The position numbers and the translations under genes were made by a program. The notes beneath the pieces are model-generated. The model ran no database searches. It worked only from the letters and a program-made list of their open reading frames with translations, and had not been told where the DNA came from. This document shows positions 58,898-64,000 of a DNA stretch of 64,000 nt, piece by piece; positions within the stretch are counted from its first letter, which is position 1; each line of letters starts with the position of its first letter. Source of the DNA: a virus; IMG/VR virus record IMGVR_UViG_2922401287_000007; one strand, given 5' to 3'.

Positions 58898-59683
58898 ATG
58901 TCTGAGTTCGACTACCAGATCGGCCGCTTCACTGGCACCAGCGCCAATGTGGTGATGCATGGCAGCGAAGCCGACTGGATCAAGCATTATCGCATGAGGG
59001 CCGCGCTCGATTCGCCTGATCCGCCGAACTGGGCGATGCGAGCTGGCGCTCATATGGAAGCCCTCGTGCTTGACTGGCTCGAAGAACAGAGCAGCCCGAT
59101 CACGCGGCGCGGCGAAGTGGTTTACCATCCCGAGATCGCGGACGTATGCGCCAAGCTGGACGGCTATCGCGCCGCCGATGACGCCATCATCGAGGTGAAG
59201 TTTCTGTCGCCGCAGCGGCACAGGGACGAGTATCTCCCCGCATACTATCCGCAGACCATGCTGCAGCGGCTCTGCACCGGGGCCAGCAAGGTCGTGCTGG
59301 TTGTCGCACAGGGCACCAACGAGCCTATCGACTTCGAGATGGCACATGACGCCGATTACGCCGTCGAGCTGATGCGGCGCGCGGGCATCTTCCTGAACTG
59401 CTTACGCACCCTGACGCCGCCTTATCCGATCCCGCCAGCGCCGCCGCCGCCCGAGCGCTGGCGCACGCTCGATATCATCGCCGAGCCGACCAACTGGAGC
59501 AGCGAGCTGCTGCTCTATCTTGCCGAATATGACAGCACGGCCGCCGCCGCCAAGCTGCACGATGAGATGGGCAAGGCCGCCCGCGATCTCGTCCCCGATG
59601 ATGTCGGCAAGGTCTTCGCTGGCGACTTCCAGATCACCCGCAGCCGCAAAGGCGTGCTGTCGATCACGAGGAGAGCCGCATGA
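58898..59683 (+). CDS. YqaJ-like exonuclease
   Basis: GAHME, AKLDG, IIEVK and YYPQ motifs. Confidence 0.8.
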   Translation: MSEFDYQIGRFTGTSANVVMHGSEADWIKHYRMRAALDSPDPPNWAMRAGAHMEALVLDWLEEQSSPITRRGEVVYHPEIADVCAKLDGYRAADDAIIEVKFLSPQRHRDEYLPAYYPQTMLQRLCTGASKVVLVVAQGTNEPIDFEMAHDADYAVELMRRAGIFLNCLRTLTPPYPIPPAPPPPERWRTLDIIAEPTNWSSELLLYLAEYDSTAAAAKLHDEMGKAARDLVPDDVGKVFAGDFQITRSRKGVLSITRRAA

Positions 59684-60516
59684 ACAATCAGCTGCAAGCC
59701 ACGAGGGACTATCACAGCGTGATCGAACGCGCCGCGATGGACCCGAATTTCGACGTGGACAAGCTGGAGCGCTTGGTCGCGATGCAGGAGGCCAGCCAGC
59801 AGCGAAGTGCCGATCAGCTGTTCAACGAGGCGCTGTCGAAGGCCGAAGCCGAGATGAGCGTGATCTCGACCAACGCCAACAATCCGCAAACCAAGTCGCG
59901 CTATGCCACCTTCGCGCGGCTCGATGGCGAAATTCGTCCGATCTATACCGGCCACGGCTTTGGCATCCAGTTCAACACCGAGCCGATGGGCGAGCCGAAC
60001 GTGATCCGGGTCGTCGGGATGCTGTCGAACGGGATGGCCCAGCGCCGCTTCCAGGTAGACATGCCCATCGTCACGCAGGGCATTCGCGGGCAGGACATGA
60101 TGACCCGCACGCACGCGACGATGTCCGCGATCTCCTACGGCAAGCGTGCACTGGAGATCATGATGTTCAATCTTGCCATCGGCGATGACGACGACGGCAA
60201 CCGCGCTGGCGGCTCTTATCGCCCGCCAGCGCCAGCGCCAGCGCCGCGCTCGATGGATGAGCTGACCGATCCGCACACTGGCGAGGTCGTGGACCACGTC
60301 GATCCCTTCAGGCTGGAAATGCACGAGGGCCAGACGTGGGCCGCCTTCATCGAGCCGCTGCAGCGCTATCTCAAACACTGCAGGAGCATCGCCGAGTGGG
60401 ACGAGTGGCGGCTGCTGAATCAGGACTTGCTGCTGAAGCTGAAGGAGACGAAGCCGCAGCTATTCCGCCTGTTCGAAAAGAACATCGAAGCCAAGCATGA
60501 GGAGCTGACAAAATGA
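59680..60516 (+). CDS. ERF-family single-strand annealing protein
   Basis: FDVDKLERL, KSRYATF and SAISYGKR motifs. Confidence 0.8.
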   Translation: MNNQLQATRDYHSVIERAAMDPNFDVDKLERLVAMQEASQQRSADQLFNEALSKAEAEMSVISTNANNPQTKSRYATFARLDGEIRPIYTGHGFGIQFNTEPMGEPNVIRVVGMLSNGMAQRRFQVDMPIVTQGIRGQDMMTRTHATMSAISYGKRALEIMMFNLAIGDDDDGNRAGGSYRPPAPAPAPRSMDELTDPHTGEVVDHVDPFRLEMHEGQTWAAFIEPLQRYLKHCRSIAEWDEWRLLNQDLLLKLKETKPQLFRLFEKNIEAKHEELTK

Positions 60517-60947
60517 GGTGGGTGCTGACGCCTGTTGGCCTTGAACCGTTCGACGCCGCAGCGCGGGAGTTTCATCGAAGCCAGACCAGCGGCGAGCCGA
60601 TCACCACGCAGGTGATCGAGATCGAGGCTCTGCATGACCGGGACATGATCGAGCACCGCCGCATCATGGCCACCATCAACGATCTGGCCAAGGCGCTGCG
60701 CACCACACCAGAGCGAGTGCGCGCCGAGCTGCTGGTCGCGACCGGCAATTTCCAACTGCTCGGCGAGCTGCTGGGCCGCGAGGTGGTCGCCATCAATTCG
60801 ATGTCGCGCAGGAACATGAAGGATCACGAACTGCACGAGTTCTGGGATGAGGCGAAGGAAGCGATCAACACGAAACTGCTCGCACGAATTGCCGACCCTG
60901 CCGAGAAGGATCGCTTGGCGGCAATGCTATCGCTGCAGCCTGCGTGA
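60513..60947 (+). CDS. Phage hypothetical protein
   Basis: Coupled ATGA overlap. Confidence 0.6.
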   Translation: MRWVLTPVGLEPFDAAAREFHRSQTSGEPITTQVIEIEALHDRDMIEHRRIMATINDLAKALRTTPERVRAELLVATGNFQLLGELLGREVVAINSMSRRNMKDHELHEFWDEAKEAINTKLLARIADPAEKDRLAAMLSLQPA

Positions 60948-61064
60948 CCGTATCACGCGCGGCTGCGGTTGGTCCGAAGGCTCGCCGTCCTAACACTGCG
61001 CCCGAGCCCTGAGAGGGCGGCGGGCCGAAGGATCGAAAACCAAAACCCAACGGAGGAGACCTCG

Positions 61065-61466
61065 ATGACGGAGATGAATGGCGTCCAGCATGATCCCAGC
61101 GAAGAGACCGCCGAGCTGATGCTGCGCGACCTGGAGCGGCTGGCGGCACGCGCCGATGAGCCGTCGATCCGCGTGCAGGAGCTGGTCAAGGCAAAGATAC
61201 AGCCCTTCGATCAGCAATCGCACGATCAGATGATCAAGTCCGTCGATCAGCTGGCCACCGATTGGGTCAGCCAGCTTGAACATTCCCGGCAAAACAACAA
61301 GGCGGTCGAACAGCTCGTGCTCGAACGCGCGGCCAAACTCAGGCATGACATCACCGTCCTGCATGTGCTCGGCGCTGCGGCGCGGGCTGAAGCTGCGCGC
61401 GGCGACGAGGTCAATTCCAAATTGGCGCAAGAGATCGACAAGCTGGGCGAGGATCGCGCGGCATGA
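61065..61466 (+). CDS. Coiled-coil hypothetical protein
   Basis: GGAGGAG RBS. Confidence 0.6.
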   Translation: MTEMNGVQHDPSEETAELMLRDLERLAARADEPSIRVQELVKAKIQPFDQQSHDQMIKSVDQLATDWVSQLEHSRQNNKAVEQLVLERAAKLRHDITVLHVLGAAARAEAARGDEVNSKLAQEIDKLGEDRAA

Positions 61467-61675
61467 GGCGCGGCAGCACGATCAAGAAGAAGATGAGCGT
61501 CTGGCACTGCCTTGAGCGGCTGGCCGCCGAAAGGAATCCGCGCCTGATCGCGCTGATCGAGATCAAGGACGCGCAGCAGCTACTGAAGCTGCGCGCAGCC
61601 CTGCAGGCCTTGGCGGCCGGCAAGGCCAGCAAAGCGCAAATCGCCAACGCCAAACGGCTGCTGGCGCAACCATGA
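61463..61675 (+). CDS. Small hypothetical protein
   Basis: ATGA overlap. Confidence 0.5.
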   Translation: MRRGSTIKKKMSVWHCLERLAAERNPRLIALIEIKDAQQLLKLRAALQALAAGKASKAQIANAKRLLAQP

Positions 61676-61687
61676 GAGGTCGAGTCC

Positions 61688-61849
61688 ATGAGGCGGAAGA
61701 TTGTCGCCGCGCTCGATGACCACGACTATGAGCAGCTGGAGCTGCTCGCGACGCTGAGCAGGATCAAGCGGCCCGAGCTGCTGCGCCGGATCATCAGGGC
61801 GTATCTCGACAAGGGCAACGCCAACCTCGCCACGGAGCGGGCCAAATGA
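61688..61849 (+). CDS. Small ribbon-helix-helix-like protein (53 aa, absent from the ORF track)
   Basis: MRRKIVAALDDHDYEQLELLATLSRIKRPELLRRIIRAYL; GAGG RBS. Confidence 0.6.
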   Translation: MRRKIVAALDDHDYEQLELLATLSRIKRPELLRRIIRAYLDKGNANLATERAK

Positions 61850-62436
61850 CCGAAGAGCCGCGCAAGCTGAGCCGCCACGAGACCCACGACCTCTCGATGA
61901 TCATCAAGGACCGCACCAAGGTGCTGCGGGCGCATGCCGAGGAGCAGGCGGCGGCCTGCATGGCCGATTTCGAGCGGCAGATGGCGACGGTCTACACCGT
62001 CGATCAGGACGAAGTCTGGCAAAAGGCGACGCAGGAAGCGCAGCGCGTGGTGCAGGAATCGCAGGCCACCATCGCCAAGCGATGCAAGGCGCTCGGCATC
62101 CCGCCGACATTCGCGCCGTCGATCAGTGCGAGCTGGCAGGGGCGCGGCGAGAATATGCTGTCAAGCCGTCGCGCCGAGCTGCGCCGCGTGGCCAAGTCAT
62201 CCATCGACGCGATGACCAAGGCGGCGATCACCAAGATTGAGAAGCAAGCGCTCGATCTGCGCACGCAGGTGATTGGCATGGGCCTGCTGTCGGCCGATGC
62301 GAAGATGTTCTTGGAGAGCCTTGCGCCCATCGAGGAATCGATGCGGCAGCTCGACTTCGGCGAGATCGAAAAGAAGCTGGAAAACGAGCAGCAGCTGCGC
62401 CTGGCGGATCGCAGACGGCTCTATGGCGGTGAGTGA
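61846..62436 (+). CDS. Phage hypothetical helical protein
   Basis: 196-aa ORF, coupled start. Confidence 0.65.
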   Translation: MTEEPRKLSRHETHDLSMIIKDRTKVLRAHAEEQAAACMADFERQMATVYTVDQDEVWQKATQEAQRVVQESQATIAKRCKALGIPPTFAPSISASWQGRGENMLSSRRAELRRVAKSSIDAMTKAAITKIEKQALDLRTQVIGMGLLSADAKMFLESLAPIEESMRQLDFGEIEKKLENEQQLRLADRRRLYGGE

Positions 62437-62475
62437 AATCAGGGCTGGGACATAACCAAGGAAGGGAGAACCAGA

Positions 62476-62877
62476 ATGACTGGAGATATTGCTAAACTCC
62501 ACTCAACCCTGCCGACGACTGCTGCAGGTTGGGTCGCCCGCGCGAAGCAGCAGGCGCAACCAAAGCTGTACCATCAGCTCCTGCCGGTTTTCAGGAAGCT
62601 GGCGCTGGAGAACGAAAAGTTTCTTGCGCTGATCTCAGCAGGCGATGATGAGGACTCGGTCGAGGGCCGCTGCAAGTTTGACGACTTCGAGGCATCTCGC
62701 CTGTTGCGAGATGCTGTCGCAGACCAGCCCGAGATCGCATCGCGGAACATGGAGGAATATCTCAAGGCGTTCCGCAAGCTGCAGCGTGATCATCACTGCA
62801 CTCGAAACGAATTGAGCGAAGAGCGCCGCCGCCTCCGCGACGAGCGGGATCAGGTACGGGCCCAAGCCGCCGAGTGA
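62476..62877 (+). CDS. Phage hypothetical protein
   Basis: GGGAG RBS. Confidence 0.55.
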   Translation: MTGDIAKLHSTLPTTAAGWVARAKQQAQPKLYHQLLPVFRKLALENEKFLALISAGDDEDSVEGRCKFDDFEASRLLRDAVADQPEIASRNMEEYLKAFRKLQRDHHCTRNELSEERRRLRDERDQVRAQAAE

Positions 62878-62887
62878 CAGCAAAAGG

Positions 62888-62912
62888 GGCCGGGGTGATC
62901 TATACCCCGGCC
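62888..62912 (-). terminator. Hairpin; possible antisense terminator
   Basis: GGCCGGGGT-7 nt-ACCCCGGCC with A4 on the left. Confidence 0.45.
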
Positions 62913-62929
62913 AACCTTCCAGAGGGCAA

Positions 62930-63763
62930 ATGAGCAATTCCGAGAGAGTAGTCCCGCTGCCGATCCGCGCCAAACTGATCTGCTCTGCATGTGGTGCTCC
63001 CGGCGAAGGCAGCTGCCGATGCGGGGCACCTTACGTATCGCCGGGAGACCGAGCAGAGGAAGCGGTCAAGGCTCACCCGGAAAAATCCGACCGCGCCATC
63101 GCCGCTGATCTCGGCGTCGGCACCATGACGGTCAGCAGAGCGCGTAAGAGAGCAACTGTACCAGATGGGACAGTTGGAAAGCGCACCGGCAAGGACGGCA
63201 AGGCGCGCAAAACGCCGACGAGTAAGCGGTATCACGCGCCGAAGCGGCACTATGCCGAGCCGGTCGTAATCGCGCTCGCCGATCAAGACAAGACCAGCGC
63301 CGAGATCGCCAAGCAAACCGGGATCGGCAAGCGGCAGGTGCGTCATATCATTGAGCGCGAGCAGGTGCGCCGCGAGGCGAAGGCCGAAGCGGCTGATCCC
63401 AGCGCGCTGGCAGAGCAGAAAAGGCTTGCCAGTCTCTCGCGCCAGCTGGAGGCAGACTTTGAGTGCCGCGTCACGGAGCGGTATCAGCAGCTGCTCGAAA
63501 ATATCTGGCCGCGCCTGAAGGAGCGCGAGGCACTGGCTGATCGCGTCATCGTTTCTCGCAAGGGTCTGATGGATCGCCGCACCTACGTCAAGATTCTTGC
63601 GCGGCTGCATCCCGACATGGGCGGCAATGCCGAGCTGTTCGATATGTTCAAGCGCCTCGAAACGCTGCTGCTCAATGAGCAGGAGTGCCCCACCGAGCGA
63701 GTCGGGTTGCCGCGCACGGCTGCAGAGTGGGAAGAGCGCATGCGCAGCAAGATGCAGCCGTGA
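62930..63763 (+). CDS. Zn-finger/HTH-containing phage protein
   Basis: CSAC...CRC; SDRAIAADLGVGTMTVSRAR; SAEIAKQTGIGKRQV. Confidence 0.7.
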   Translation: MSNSERVVPLPIRAKLICSACGAPGEGSCRCGAPYVSPGDRAEEAVKAHPEKSDRAIAADLGVGTMTVSRARKRATVPDGTVGKRTGKDGKARKTPTSKRYHAPKRHYAEPVVIALADQDKTSAEIAKQTGIGKRQVRHIIEREQVRREAKAEAADPSALAEQKRLASLSRQLEADFECRVTERYQQLLENIWPRLKEREALADRVIVSRKGLMDRRTYVKILARLHPDMGGNAELFDMFKRLETLLLNEQECPTERVGLPRTAAEWEERMRSKMQP

Positions 63764-63801
63764 CCGGCAACCATATGTGGATCACTGAAATGGAGGAAAC
63801 C

Positions 63802-64000
63802 ATGAGCGAGCAGAGCACCACCGCCACGCCATTGTCGGCACTCGCTGAGCGCGCCACCGCCAGCGGTGCATGGTGGAAGGAAGAAGCACTGGAGCAGCGC
63901 AACGAGCTGGAGCTGCCGACCCGCGTGCTGCACGTGCTCGATAACGCTGGCATCACGACCATCGAGCAGCTGAAGGCGGCGGGGCCGCACCGGCTGCGCA
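63802..64000 (+). CDS. RNA polymerase alpha-CTD-like protein (partial)
   Basis: GGAGG RBS; LELPTRVLHVLDNAGITTIEQL. Confidence 0.6.
   Translation, partial: MSEQSTTATPLSALAERATASGAWWKEEALEQRNELELPTRVLHVLDNAGITTIEQLKAAGPHRLR

Larger units (their letters stand above)
20200..64000. mobile_element. Prophage (myovirus-type: Mu-like tail, HK97-like head); left end IS-truncated, right end beyond the window
   Basis: Contiguous tail, head, packaging, replication and recombination modules. Confidence 0.93.

Noticed and set aside
63802-64000. Direct join of the window end to position 1 in the integrase frame
   Set aside because: A frame match has a 1-in-3 chance, there is no terminal overlap, and int has its own RBS
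20200-64000. Gene transfer agent or tailocin
   Set aside because: Replication, recombination, cro-like and full head genes are present, which fits a prophage

Overview
The window looks alphaproteobacterial (Bradyrhizobium-like, judged from gene content) and has three parts. (1) 1-1625: a tyrosine integrase and its terminator. (2) ~1.6-20.1 kb: a more AT-rich accessory block. It holds decayed defence genes (NACHT-nuclease remnant, MTase-Mrr fusion, HEPN, Abi-like fragment), an intact DUF3800 gene, a Panacea antitoxin plus membrane-protein pair, and IS256, IS5, IS1 and two IS1380 copies that bracket a 1476-aa repeat-containing C48 SUMO-protease type III effector. (3) ~20.2-64 kb: a prophage with a Mu-like contractile tail, HK97-like head, packaging, DNA-modification, replication and recombination modules, running off the right edge. 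The top finding is at 47309-47377 (minus strand): a 69-nt tRNA(Gly)-like element with an encoded CCA end, embedded in the 3' part of a mom-family DNA hypermodification gene whose frame runs without a stop into the terminase small subunit. Other notable signals are a TATGCG-N4-GTGACA motif shared by the integrase flank and three prophage intergenic regions, an 8-copy iteron cluster after the helicase, localized hypervariable residues in the effector repeats, a dual-frame C5-MTase, a -1 frameshift tail chaperone and an RNA polymerase alpha-CTD-like gene. All product calls come from motif recognition by eye; no database search was run.
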